Below, in pieces: positions 9,822 to 18,363 of a stretch of 32,000 bases of DNA. This DNA comes from Candidatus Pacearchaeota archaeon (lineage in GTDB: Archaea; Nanobdellota; Nanobdellia; Pacearchaeales; UBA284), in contig CP061211.1 of the NCBI GenBank assembly GCA_026016245.1, positions 450,001 to 482,000 of the forward strand, given 5' to 3'. The translations under genes and the position numbers were made by a program. Within the stretch, counting starts at the first letter, position 1, and each line of letters begins with the position of its first letter. Under the pieces are notes generated by a model, which searched no databases, was not told the DNA's origin, and saw nothing but the letters and a program-made list of their open reading frames with translations.

Positions 9822-10790
9822 ATGTACAAAAAGAAAAAAATTTTATTTGTTTATAGAGATTTTTTCTCTTTTGTAAAAAGAGATTTTGAAATATTAGATA
9901 GCCAATACAATGTAACCTCTCTTCATGCTACAAAAAACTTGCCTCTGTTAATTTTCAAGCTTCTGGCTTTAGTTCCAAAAAATGATCTTATTTTTGTATG
10001 GTTTGCTGATTGGCATGCATTTCTTGCAACTTTATCTGCCAAACTTTTCAGAAAAAAAATAGTTGTTATAGTGGGGGGTTATGATGCTGCTTGTGTGCCT
10101 GAAATTAACTATGGTGCTTTCTGTTCCTGGTGGAAAAGCAAGGTAGTAAAATGGACTCTCAAGAATGTTACTATAGCTTTAGCTGTTTCAAAACATGTAG
10201 AAGAAAATATGTTAAAGTATTCTAAACCAAAAGGGGCAGAGGTCTTATATCATGGATTTGATTATGCAAAAATTAAACTGAGACCTCAAAACAAAAAAGA
10301 AAATTTAGTAATATCAGTTGGAACTGCAAAGATTAAGAGGCCAGACATTTTTATTAAAGTGGCAAAATATCTTCCTAAAATTAAATTTCTTCTTGTAGGA
10401 TCTATTACTAAAGAAATTGAACAATTGCAGAAAATAGCTCCTTTAAATGTAAAATTTACTGGTCTTTTATCTTTTGATAAACTGCTTAAAAAATATCAAA
10501 AAGCTAAAGTATATGTTCAGACATCAGCCTATGAAGGCTTTGGATGCGCGCTAGCAGAAGCTATGCTTTGTGAATGTGTTCCGGTTGTAACAAAAAAAGC
10601 TGCCTTGCCAGAAGTTATTGGAAATACTGGTTTTTGTGTTCCTTATGGAAATGCGGAAGCAACTGCAGAAGCAATTAAAAAAGCTTTAATATCGAATAAA
10701 GGAAAAGTGGCTAGGGAAAGAATTAAGAAATTTTTTCCTATTTCAAGAAGAAAGAAAAAATTAATTGAAGTTATAGAAAAACTAAAATGA
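9822..10790 (+). CDS. Glycosyltransferase family 4
   Basis: C-terminal GT4 signature VYVQTSAYEGFGCALAEAMLCECVPVVTKKAALPEVIGNTGFCVPYG. Confidence 0.9.
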   Translation: MYKKKKILFVYRDFFSFVKRDFEILDSQYNVTSLHATKNLPLLIFKLLALVPKNDLIFVWFADWHAFLATLSAKLFRKKIVVIVGGYDAACVPEINYGAFCSWWKSKVVKWTLKNVTIALAVSKHVEENMLKYSKPKGAEVLYHGFDYAKIKLRPQNKKENLVISVGTAKIKRPDIFIKVAKYLPKIKFLLVGSITKEIEQLQKIAPLNVKFTGLLSFDKLLKKYQKAKVYVQTSAYEGFGCALAEAMLCECVPVVTKKAALPEVIGNTGFCVPYGNAEATAEAIKKALISNKGKVARERIKKFFPISRRKKKLIEVIEKLK

Positions 10791-11467
10791 AAAATAAATT
10801 GAAAACAGTTATTAAAAAAACACCTTTAATCAATAATGTGGCAAGAATCTTATTAAATTATATAAAAACTATTTCATTCCCTGGATCTAAAGAATATTGG
10901 GAAGAAAGATATGCTAGTGGAGGAACTTCGGGTGCTGGTTCTTATGGAAAACTTGCAAAATTTAAAGCCGACGTCATAAATTCGTTTGTAAAAAATAATA
11001 AGATTAATTCAGTTATAGAGTTTGGTTGTGGAGATGGCAATCAATTATCTTTATTTGATTTTCCTGCTTATATTGGTTTGGATATTTCAAAAACTTCAAT
11101 AGAATTATGTATGAAACATTTTAAGAAGGATAGAACGAAAAGTTTCTTTTTGTATGATTCTGAGTATTTCAAAGACAACCACCATATCTTCAAAGCAGAG
11201 CTCGCTTTATCCTTAGATGTCATTTATCATCTTGTTGAAGAGAATATATTTGAGCTTTATATGAAACATTTATTTTCAACTTCTGATAAATTTGTTATTA
11301 TTTACTCTTCTGATACTAGTAATAAGCAAAAAGTTCACCAAAGGAATAGACAATTTACGAAATGGGTAAAAATTAATTTTGCCAAATGGAAATTAATAAA
11401 AAAAATCAAAAATAAATATCCTAATGAATCAGGTGCTGATTTCTTTATTTACAAGAAGGCAAAGTAA
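10787..11467 (+). CDS. Class I SAM-dependent methyltransferase
   Basis: KEYWEERYASGGTSGAGSYGKLAKFKADVINSFV...SVIEFGCGDGNQLSLFDFPAYIGLDIS contains the SAM-binding motif I EFGCGDG. Overlaps the upstream GT4 stop by 4 nt. Confidence 0.85.
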   Translation: MKNKLKTVIKKTPLINNVARILLNYIKTISFPGSKEYWEERYASGGTSGAGSYGKLAKFKADVINSFVKNNKINSVIEFGCGDGNQLSLFDFPAYIGLDISKTSIELCMKHFKKDRTKSFFLYDSEYFKDNHHIFKAELALSLDVIYHLVEENIFELYMKHLFSTSDKFVIIYSSDTSNKQKVHQRNRQFTKWVKINFAKWKLIKKIKNKYPNESGADFFIYKKAK

Positions 11468-11469
11468 AG

Positions 11470-11577
11470 AAAGGATTTGGATTTGAAGCAAAAACCAGTT
11501 TAAACAAAGGATTATAAAATTATTTCCCTTAGAAGAAAGAAAAAAATTATTGGAATTATTGAAAAAATTTGAAAATG
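11470..11577 (+). pseudogene. Apparent remnant of a GT4-type glycosyltransferase C-terminus
   Basis: A short frame at about 11490-11574 reads SKNQFKQRIIKLFPLEERKKLLELLKKFENE. It resembles the C-terminus of the GT4 gene ending at 10790 (RIKKFFPISRRKKKLIEVIEKLK). No start codon and no body of the gene precede it. Confidence 0.45.
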
Positions 11578-12462
11578 AAACGAGTTTTTATTATAATAGT
11601 TAACTGGAATGGTAAAGATTTGCTAAAAAGATGTTTGAATTCCTTAAGAAAGAATACAGGATATCCTTCGTATAAAGTTATTATTGTTGATAATGGATCA
11701 ACAGACGGAAGTCAGGAAATAATTAGAAAGAAATTTCCTTGGGCAGATTTAATCTCTTTAGAAAAAAACTAGGGGTTTGTTAAAGGAACTAATATTGGAA
11801 TCAAACGTGCTTTAACAAAATATAATGCTGATTATGTTTTTCTTTTGAATAATGATACTGAAATTATTCAAAAAAACTGGTTAAGAGATATGGTCAAAAT
11901 TTTAGATTCTTACCCTAAAGGTGGTATTGCTTGTTGTAAACTGCTTTCTCTAGATAAAAAACAACAAATAAGTGCTGCACATTCCATACCAATTGGGAGA
12001 TCTCCAGAAATTTTAGCAAAAGATGTTGTTGAAATTGATTGGGCCATAGGAACTGCATTTCTAATTAAAAGAAATGTTATTAAAAAAATTGGTTTATTTG
12101 ATGAAAATTTTTCGCCAGCTTATGGAGAAGAATCAGATTACTGCTGGAGAGCAAGAAAATCAGGTTATAAAATTTTATACAATCCTTTCGTATCTATAAT
12201 ACATTATGGGGCAGCAACTGCAAAAAAATTTGATCCAAATTATATTTATTTTATTAAACAAAGAAATCGAATAAGGAATATACTGCTAAACTACCCAACA
12301 TCTTGGTTAATAATAAGACTCTTAGCTGAAATTAAAGTTATATTAAGAGCGCTCTTTGCCATGAAAATTTATTTACTTATAAAAGCTTATTGGGCCAACA
12401 TAAGAAATCTAAAAGAAATTCTGGAAAAAAGAAAAAAAAGAACTGCAAAAATCTTGTATTAA
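11575..12462 (+). pseudogene. Glycosyltransferase family 2, interrupted by a single in-frame TAG at 11770-11772
   Basis: The two ORFs are in the same frame and join as ...DLISLEKN*GFVKGTNIGIKRALTKYNADYVFLLNNDTEIIQ..., a continuous GT2 domain with VNWNGKDLLKRCLNSL, NNDTE and AIGTAFLIKRNVIKKIGLFDENF. The interruption is only the TAG codon. Confidence 0.8.
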
Positions 12463-13088
12463 ATTTTATATTTCGATGCCTTAATGATAAATTGATAACC
12501 AAACAATGGGGGATTAGTTTTGGTAATAATCTTTCCTGCTTTTCCAAAGAATCTTGATAGATTTGTTGTCATATCTATTTTTTCGATTACAAAACCCGCT
12601 TTTTCAATTAAACTTTTGGCTGTTTTAAAAGTAAAAAATCTTAGATGTGTTTTATCTAAAAGCCCCATTTCTTTGTATTCCCACCTACCAAATAAAAGTT
12701 TAAGGCGTATTACCCAATTAGCTACATTTGGAATAGAACAGACAATGTAACCAGCATTTTTAAGATATTTTTTAAGTTTAATAATAACATCCAACGGCTG
12801 TCTTAAATGCTCCAAAATGTCACCAAAAATGATAATATCAAAATATTTTTTTGGAAAGGGTAGTTTGGTTAGAATTTCAATGTCCCCAACAATTACTTTT
12901 TTACAGTATTTTCTAGCTAATTTGGCAGCTTGCCTATCTTTTTCTATTCCAACAACTTCACAGTCATTTTGTGTTAGTCTCTTGTCTATTTGACCAGTAG
13001 CACATCCAACATCTAAAACTTTTTTATTCTTACCAACTAATTGAATCATCTTCCTATGGGATAAAGTAAATTGGCTATATTTTCTCAT
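12459..13088 (-). CDS. Class I SAM-dependent methyltransferase (UbiG/Methyltransf_11 type)
   Basis: VLDVGCATGQIDKRLTQNDCEVVGIEKD (motif I) and YFDIIIFGDILEHLRQPLDVI (motif II region). Confidence 0.88.
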   Translation of the reverse strand: MRKYSQFTLSHRKMIQLVGKNKKVLDVGCATGQIDKRLTQNDCEVVGIEKDRQAAKLARKYCKKVIVGDIEILTKLPFPKKYFDIIIFGDILEHLRQPLDVIIKLKKYLKNAGYIVCSIPNVANWVIRLKLLFGRWEYKEMGLLDKTHLRFFTFKTAKSLIEKAGFVIEKIDMTTNLSRFFGKAGKIITKTNPPLFGYQFIIKASKYKI

Positions 13089-13188
13089 TTTAAACTCCTT
13101 AATCTTTTAATTAATAAACTTTGGCTTTTAGTTTTAGTACTTGTATCTTCTTTTTTATTTCAATCTGTCAGTCGATTCTTCTATATTT

Positions 13189-13266
13189 TTAATAGGTCTG
13201 TATCCTTTTTAACAAAATTTTATCCAAGATACTCTTATTATTATAAACAACAATTATTGATATCAT
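13189..13266 (-). pseudogene. Remnant of the N-terminus of a GT2-like glycosyltransferase
   Basis: Minus-strand reading MISIIVVYNNKSILDKILLKRIQTY* matches the typical GT2 start (ISIIxVYNN..L...LLKSL..Q). It is followed by stops. Confidence 0.4.
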
Positions 13267-13274
13267 CTTTTATA

Positions 13275-14645
13275 TTATCTTACAATTAAGGGTTTACCCG
13301 ACAATATTTTCACTAAGGCTATTAACAAACGTTTTGGAATTTTTAAAGGATTTTTTAAAGTATTCTTTATTACTATTTTTAGTTTCTCGTTTCTGAAAAG
13401 TAAAAATAGCTTATATATTTCATCTCTTGTTAACTTTTCTGATAAAATTATTGCATCATTATGACTTTCGCCAAAATTCACATTTAAAGAATTCCAATTC
13501 ATATCTTCACTTACTAAATTCCTTGCTTTTGCATATTCCCAAACAGGTGTTCCAGGAAATGGCGTCAAAACATATATAGCAAAGCTAGCTAATCGATTTT
13601 CTTTGATAAATTTAAGAGTCCGCAGGATATCTTCTTGGCTTTCTTTTGGCGAACCGATAATAAAACTAGCACCAATCTTTATTCCATACTTTTTAAATAT
13701 ATTAATAGCATTTATGTGATCCTTTATGGTTATATTTCTTCCTTTGAGATATTCTAAAGTAGTAGGCGAACCCGACTCTAGCCCCATACTAACAGACTTC
13801 ACGTTCATTTGCTTTAATAACCAACTTACTTCATTATTAACTAAATTTGATCTAACACTGCAAGTAAAATTCACTTTACCTAAAATGCCCTCCTTCTTCA
13901 GTAGTTCCAATATCTGTTTTAATCTTCTTTTATCGGCTATAAATATGTCATCCCAAAAGGCTATATTTTTTACTTTATATTTACTAATAAGGTATTTTAT
14001 TTCGTTAACAACATATTCGGCTGAAAAAAATCTAACATTATCCCAAAAGCGAGATGAGGCACAAAAAGTACACCTATAGGGACATCCTCTTGAAGTAAAC
14101 ATAGAGGTAGACTTTTTAATTGTAAATAGATCTCTCGCTGGCATTGGTATCCTATCTAGAGGTTCTATTGGCTTTCTTTTTTTCGTTATAATAAGTTCAC
14201 CATTTCTTCTAAAAACAATTCCGTCAATCTTCTCCAGTTCATCCCCATCAAAACACCCCTTCTCTTCAAAAAGATTGAAAAGTTCGATGATTGTTTCTTC
14301 GCCTTCACCGATAACGCCCACATCCATATCCCTACTTAATGTGGATGGCAATGCAGAAATATGTACGCCACCAATAATAACAGGTATGTCATGTTTTTTG
14401 GCAATTTTAGCATACTCAATTGCTTTGTTATAGTTCTGGGTTACTGATGTAATACCAATAATATCTGGCTTAAAATTATTTATCTCCTGTTTAATATCTC
14501 TATCCACAATTTTGAATTTAATGTGATTGAAGCCAAACTCTTTCCTTAGCGAACTTGCTAGGTAGCCCAAACCTAATGGTGGAATAAAAGCTTCAATCTT
14601 TTTCGTTATATCCATTGCATTTATAAACATAATTTTGGGTTTCAT
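13275..14645 (-). CDS. B12-binding domain radical SAM protein
   Basis: N-terminal cobalamin-binding-like domain (IPPLGLGYLASSLRKE, PDIIGITSVTQNYNKAIEYAKIAKK, PVIIGGVHIS, VGVIGEGEETIIEL), then the radical SAM Cx3Cx2C motif in SRGCPYRCTFCAS. Confidence 0.93.
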   Translation of the reverse strand: MKPKIMFINAMDITKKIEAFIPPLGLGYLASSLRKEFGFNHIKFKIVDRDIKQEINNFKPDIIGITSVTQNYNKAIEYAKIAKKHDIPVIIGGVHISALPSTLSRDMDVGVIGEGEETIIELFNLFEEKGCFDGDELEKIDGIVFRRNGELIITKKRKPIEPLDRIPMPARDLFTIKKSTSMFTSRGCPYRCTFCASSRFWDNVRFFSAEYVVNEIKYLISKYKVKNIAFWDDIFIADKRRLKQILELLKKEGILGKVNFTCSVRSNLVNNEVSWLLKQMNVKSVSMGLESGSPTTLEYLKGRNITIKDHINAINIFKKYGIKIGASFIIGSPKESQEDILRTLKFIKENRLASFAIYVLTPFPGTPVWEYAKARNLVSEDMNWNSLNVNFGESHNDAIILSEKLTRDEIYKLFLLFRNEKLKIVIKNTLKNPLKIPKRLLIALVKILSGKPLIVR

Positions 14646-14791
14646 TTTATTGACATTCTCCTAATTTTTAAAGAAAATCTTAGATCTGTGAAACCTTCTT
14701 GTCCAGCAATGGAACTTATTCTAACTTTAGGTTCTATCATATTAAATATTTCGGGAACTATTTTAACAAAAGCTCTTACATTTTCTTTCAT
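14642..14791 (-). CDS. Short ORF (49 aa) of unknown function, possibly a gene remnant, overlapping the radical SAM start codon (ATGA)
   Basis: MKENVRAFVKIVPEIFNMIEPKVRISSIAGQEGFTDLRFSLKIRRMSIK*. It fills the gap between the flippase stop region and the radical SAM start, with a 4-nt ATGA overlap. Confidence 0.4.
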   Translation of the reverse strand: MKENVRAFVKIVPEIFNMIEPKVRISSIAGQEGFTDLRFSLKIRRMSIK

Positions 14792-14812
14792 TTTTCTTTA
14801 TTGTTTAATTTT

Positions 14813-16327
14813 TTATTTGGGTTTAAGATACTGAACCAATTTAAAATCTTCTTTTGTTATTCCTTTAATCAACCACATAACAACAAAATAGATTATAACT
14901 GCAAGCAAAATCTCAGTTATACCAAGCAGCAAATTAAGCCTGACAAAGTAATTATAAACTATCAAAAAGCCAAGCATGATAAGGCTTGCAGCTAAAGGCT
15001 TCCATAAAGATGTTGCCCTTGGCACTATCCTTAATTTTCTTTTTGATGAAATCGCCAGAGCACCAAAATAAAAATATCTGCTAATAAAAGTGGCAAGAGC
15101 AGCTCCTATTAAACCATAAGCAGGCCCTATTGTGATAAAATAACGAATAAAGAAGTAATTTAAAACAATATTAAGCACTGTTGCAATAACAATAATTTTT
15201 GCAGGAAATTGGGGCTTTTCTTTTGAATAAAATAAAGTGCTAAAGTATCTGCCAGTTGCTATTTCAATAATTAAAAAAGCAAGTAGAGCAGAAGCAATAT
15301 AAATAGGTATTCTATATTCAGCTGGAACATAAGCAGCTCCATAAACAACTTTTAGAATCCATGGAGCAAGAGCTGCAAAACCAAAAGCGCATGGAAATGA
15401 AAAAATAGCTGAATAATGAAATGCTTTTTTAAATGCTCGCTCAAGTCTCTGGCCTTTAATTTGAGTAAAGACTGGAAGTAAAACATCAGCCATAAATATA
15501 AGCCCTGCTACAGCGCCAACAATAGCAAAAATAGCTGTATAGAAACCAACAAATTCAGAAGGAAGAAATGCTCCTAACATCAATCTATCTATATAAATAA
15601 AAAAAACCCCTGTTATGCTACCAATCGAAAGATAGCCAAAAAACTTGAGAAGTCTTTTTTTATCAATTTTAATCAAAGGCCCTTTCAAAAGAAAATAATA
15701 GCTTTTGCTTATAATAAAAAAACAGAGTAAGAAAGCAACAAACGCTGCTATGCTCAAAGCAATAAAAACAGAAGGAACACTTTTTATTGTGACAAGAAAT
15801 GCTATAACAAGACCTATTCTAGTTATCTGAAAAATTATTTCTTTTACAGCTACAAGTTTTACTTTTTGGATTGCATAAAATAGTGAAGAAAAGAAACCAA
15901 GCAATGCAGTAGCAAAAAGATATACTGAGCCTATTTGTAAAGGCAAGATTAGAGCTTCTTTATGAAAAGCATATAATGAAAGAGGTCTTGCAATCAAAAA
16001 TAGTGCGAGGGCAAAAGCTCCAGCAATCAATAGTTTAAAATTCAGCAAAAATCTTGTATAAGATCTAGCTTTAGTTTTTTGCTTTTTGCCAAGAGCCTCT
16101 GAAGTGTATCTTATTAAAGTGGAATTAATACCAAGGTCCGCAAAGGTTATTAAAATGAGAATTACAGCAAGAGCCAAGGAATAAATACCAAAAAGTTCTG
16201 GAAAGAGCATTCTTGCTACAATAATTGTGAAGATGAATCCACCTAACTTTGCAATGGCAGTTGCAGTAATTTGATAAAGAGAATTACGCAAGACTTTTTG
16301 TGTAAGGCTTGGCTTTTTTGGTTTCAT
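14813..16327 (-). CDS. Oligosaccharide flippase family protein (MOP superfamily)
   Basis: 504 aa, about 14 TM; GGFIFTIIVARMLFPELFGIYSLALAVILILITFADLGINSTLIRYTSEA is typical of Wzx-type flippases. Confidence 0.9.
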   Translation of the reverse strand: MKPKKPSLTQKVLRNSLYQITATAIAKLGGFIFTIIVARMLFPELFGIYSLALAVILILITFADLGINSTLIRYTSEALGKKQKTKARSYTRFLLNFKLLIAGAFALALFLIARPLSLYAFHKEALILPLQIGSVYLFATALLGFFSSLFYAIQKVKLVAVKEIIFQITRIGLVIAFLVTIKSVPSVFIALSIAAFVAFLLCFFIISKSYYFLLKGPLIKIDKKRLLKFFGYLSIGSITGVFFIYIDRLMLGAFLPSEFVGFYTAIFAIVGAVAGLIFMADVLLPVFTQIKGQRLERAFKKAFHYSAIFSFPCAFGFAALAPWILKVVYGAAYVPAEYRIPIYIASALLAFLIIEIATGRYFSTLFYSKEKPQFPAKIIVIATVLNIVLNYFFIRYFITIGPAYGLIGAALATFISRYFYFGALAISSKRKLRIVPRATSLWKPLAASLIMLGFLIVYNYFVRLNLLLGITEILLAVIIYFVVMWLIKGITKEDFKLVQYLKPK

Positions 16328-16740
16328 TTTTTAGTTATATACCAAATTAAAGAAGGGGCTTTTATATATTTTTTATGTTTCTGGAATAGACCACAGATTA
16401 TATCTATAACATCATGAAATAGACAGCCAAAGAAAATTGGCCAGAAAAAGTTAAGAAATAAAGATAAGATTAAGAGCAGAAGGAAAAATTCAATTGTATG
16501 GAAAATAAATAATAAAGTCTTGGGTTTTTTGATTCTTGCTCTATTTAATTCATATCTAAAATATTTATATGTTTTTCCTAAATTAAAATTTTTCTTTTTT
16601 ATTATATAGAAAAAATAATGATCTATGTCAATTAAAATTGAAGCTAAAAAGAAAAGAAGGATAAATAAAAAGTCAAAATTAAGAAGATATAAAATTATTG
16701 TTAAAATTATAGAAAAGATTATATGATATTTAGGAAGCAT
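16324..16740 (-). CDS. Small membrane protein resembling YdjM-type membrane-bound metal-dependent hydrolases
   Basis: 138 aa, multi-TM with polar residues ILIDIDHYFFYI, FIFHTIEF and GCLFHDVIDIICG, consistent with a membrane hydrolase. ATGA overlap with the downstream flippase. Confidence 0.5.
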   Translation of the reverse strand: MLPKYHIIFSIILTIILYLLNFDFLFILLFFLASILIDIDHYFFYIIKKKNFNLGKTYKYFRYELNRARIKKPKTLLFIFHTIEFFLLLLILSLFLNFFWPIFFGCLFHDVIDIICGLFQKHKKYIKAPSLIWYITKK

Positions 16741-16760
16741 TTTTATTTATTAATTTATTT

Positions 16761-18353
16761 TTATTCTTTAGTTATTTTTCTAAGAATATCTGCAAAAGCT
16801 GGGCGAGTTATGAAAACACCAACTGTTATTCCAAGTAATGTAGTTACAACAAAACCTCGCAATAGGCCTGCTCCTGCTGACCATAATGGCAAGAGTGCTA
16901 GAGCTGTTGTTGCATAAGCAGCGAAAATCATGAAGAATGCTCTTTTGATTCGCTCCTTGATACTGAACTGTTTTGATACTCTTGTCTCATCTATCATAAT
17001 AATCTGATCATCAACCCCTGTTCCTAAAGCAGCTATAATTCCTGCTATAGATGCTAAATCAAGATTCCATTTGATTACTGCTGCTATTGCCAATACAAGA
17101 AGAGCTTCTGAGATTAAGGTTATTATAACAGGGAGGACAAGTATAAATTTTCTATATCTCAAATAAATAATTAGACAAACAGCTAAAAAAACCGCTATAG
17201 CAACAATAAAAACATTTTTTGTAAACTCTCTGCCTAATAGAGGAGAGACAGAATCTAATTTTACTATCTCTAATTTGAATGGTAAAGATCCTGTGATTAA
17301 AACTGTCTGTAGTTTCTTCATATTATCTTGAGCTGCTTCATAAGCTTGAGCTCTTGTTTCTCCTACACCGCTTCCTGTTATTGCAATCCTTGTAGTTTCC
17401 TGTCCTTTTAAGCCTGCATCTATTAGTAAAGTATCAACAAGATTGTCATCCAAGTAAAGATCAAGAGTCTCATTCAGATAACGTTCTCCATCAGATACAT
17501 TTTCTTCTAATCCTGCTGTGAGTTCAGCATGTTTTTTTGCAGCTTGCTCTGAAAGATGAATTTCAAAATGGAACCTACATGCCTGGCCGCCTTCTATTTC
17601 TCCGCATTGTTCTATGTAAGCACAAGAAGCATCATTTCTACAAACAAAAGTAATATCATTCTGGCCGCCTACAAAAACTGTCTTATTACCTATCCTAGCC
17701 TCAAACTTTCCTTGTTTTCCTATTAAATCTTGCAATTCTTGTGGTGTGGCTCCTGCCAGTTCGACCATCATAAATCTTTCTCCAGCTAGATCAGAGACTT
17801 CCTTTACATTAATATCAGTTAAACCATAAACATTCAAACGATAGCGGACAGTTTCAAGAAGACTGGCCATTTCTTGGGCATTAAGAGACCTTTCAGGCTT
17901 AACTAAAGCACGAGCGCCTCCTTGCAAGTCAAGTCCCATCTTTAATCTTGTTATGGATATCTCAGAGACTGTGATGCCAGTATCAGAAGTTGTAAGGAAA
18001 ACATATTCTTGCTTGTCTGTTAGTATAGTTATTTTCTCTTTTTGCTCCTCTTCATTCCCATTTTTAGTTTTATTAGTAGTTTCATTAGTCTTATTCTGAT
18101 TAGGAGGCTTAGGTTCAGGAGCTGCAGGGAGATATGCTACAGCTTCACAATAATCTTCTATGCTATTTATCTGCTTGCCATTTATTTCTTTAATGATTTC
18201 CCCAATTGCTATGCCTGCTTCTGCTGCAGTTGAATTTGCTTGAATCCCTTTGATAATAACTTTTCCAGAAAAGTATTGCCAATTTATTATGAAGAGAATT
18301 GCTACTATGAATAAAATAATTAGCAACCAGATTCTCCAACCTATTTTTACCAT
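16761..18353 (-). CDS. secD: Protein-export membrane protein SecD
   Basis: 530 aa; ITRLKMGLDLQGGARALV, AQEMASLLETVRYRLNVYGL, and C-terminal TM segments with LASIAGIIAALGTGVDDQIIMIDE. Confidence 0.94.
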   Translation of the reverse strand: MVKIGWRIWLLIILFIVAILFIINWQYFSGKVIIKGIQANSTAAEAGIAIGEIIKEINGKQINSIEDYCEAVAYLPAAPEPKPPNQNKTNETTNKTKNGNEEEQKEKITILTDKQEYVFLTTSDTGITVSEISITRLKMGLDLQGGARALVKPERSLNAQEMASLLETVRYRLNVYGLTDINVKEVSDLAGERFMMVELAGATPQELQDLIGKQGKFEARIGNKTVFVGGQNDITFVCRNDASCAYIEQCGEIEGGQACRFHFEIHLSEQAAKKHAELTAGLEENVSDGERYLNETLDLYLDDNLVDTLLIDAGLKGQETTRIAITGSGVGETRAQAYEAAQDNMKKLQTVLITGSLPFKLEIVKLDSVSPLLGREFTKNVFIVAIAVFLAVCLIIYLRYRKFILVLPVIITLISEALLVLAIAAVIKWNLDLASIAGIIAALGTGVDDQIIMIDETRVSKQFSIKERIKRAFFMIFAAYATTALALLPLWSAGAGLLRGFVVTTLLGITVGVFITRPAFADILRKITKE

Positions 18354-18363
18354 TTTAGCTTTC

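Noticed and set aside
11770-11772. Pyrrolysine or genome-wide TAG reassignment as explanation for the GT2 amber codon
   Set aside because: TAG ends several normal genes here (for example secY at 777-779, rnp4 at 22399-22401 and the VIT-like gene at 21318-21320), and no pyl genes are in the window. Gene-specific readthrough is still not excluded.
12459-12462. Overlapping convergent stop codons of the GT2 and methyltransferase genes (TTAA)
   Set aside because: Compact convergent overlap is common in small AT-rich genomes and needs no special explanation.
13071-13289. 72-aa plus-strand ORF
   Set aside because: Hydrophobic translation arises from stop-poor AT-rich sequence; the opposite strand shows the more meaningful GT2 remnant.
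14699-14995. 98-aa plus-strand ORF
   Set aside because: Overlaps the 49-aa coupled ORF and the flippase end on the opposite strand; Phe/Tyr/Asn-rich translation typical of spurious AT-rich ORFs.
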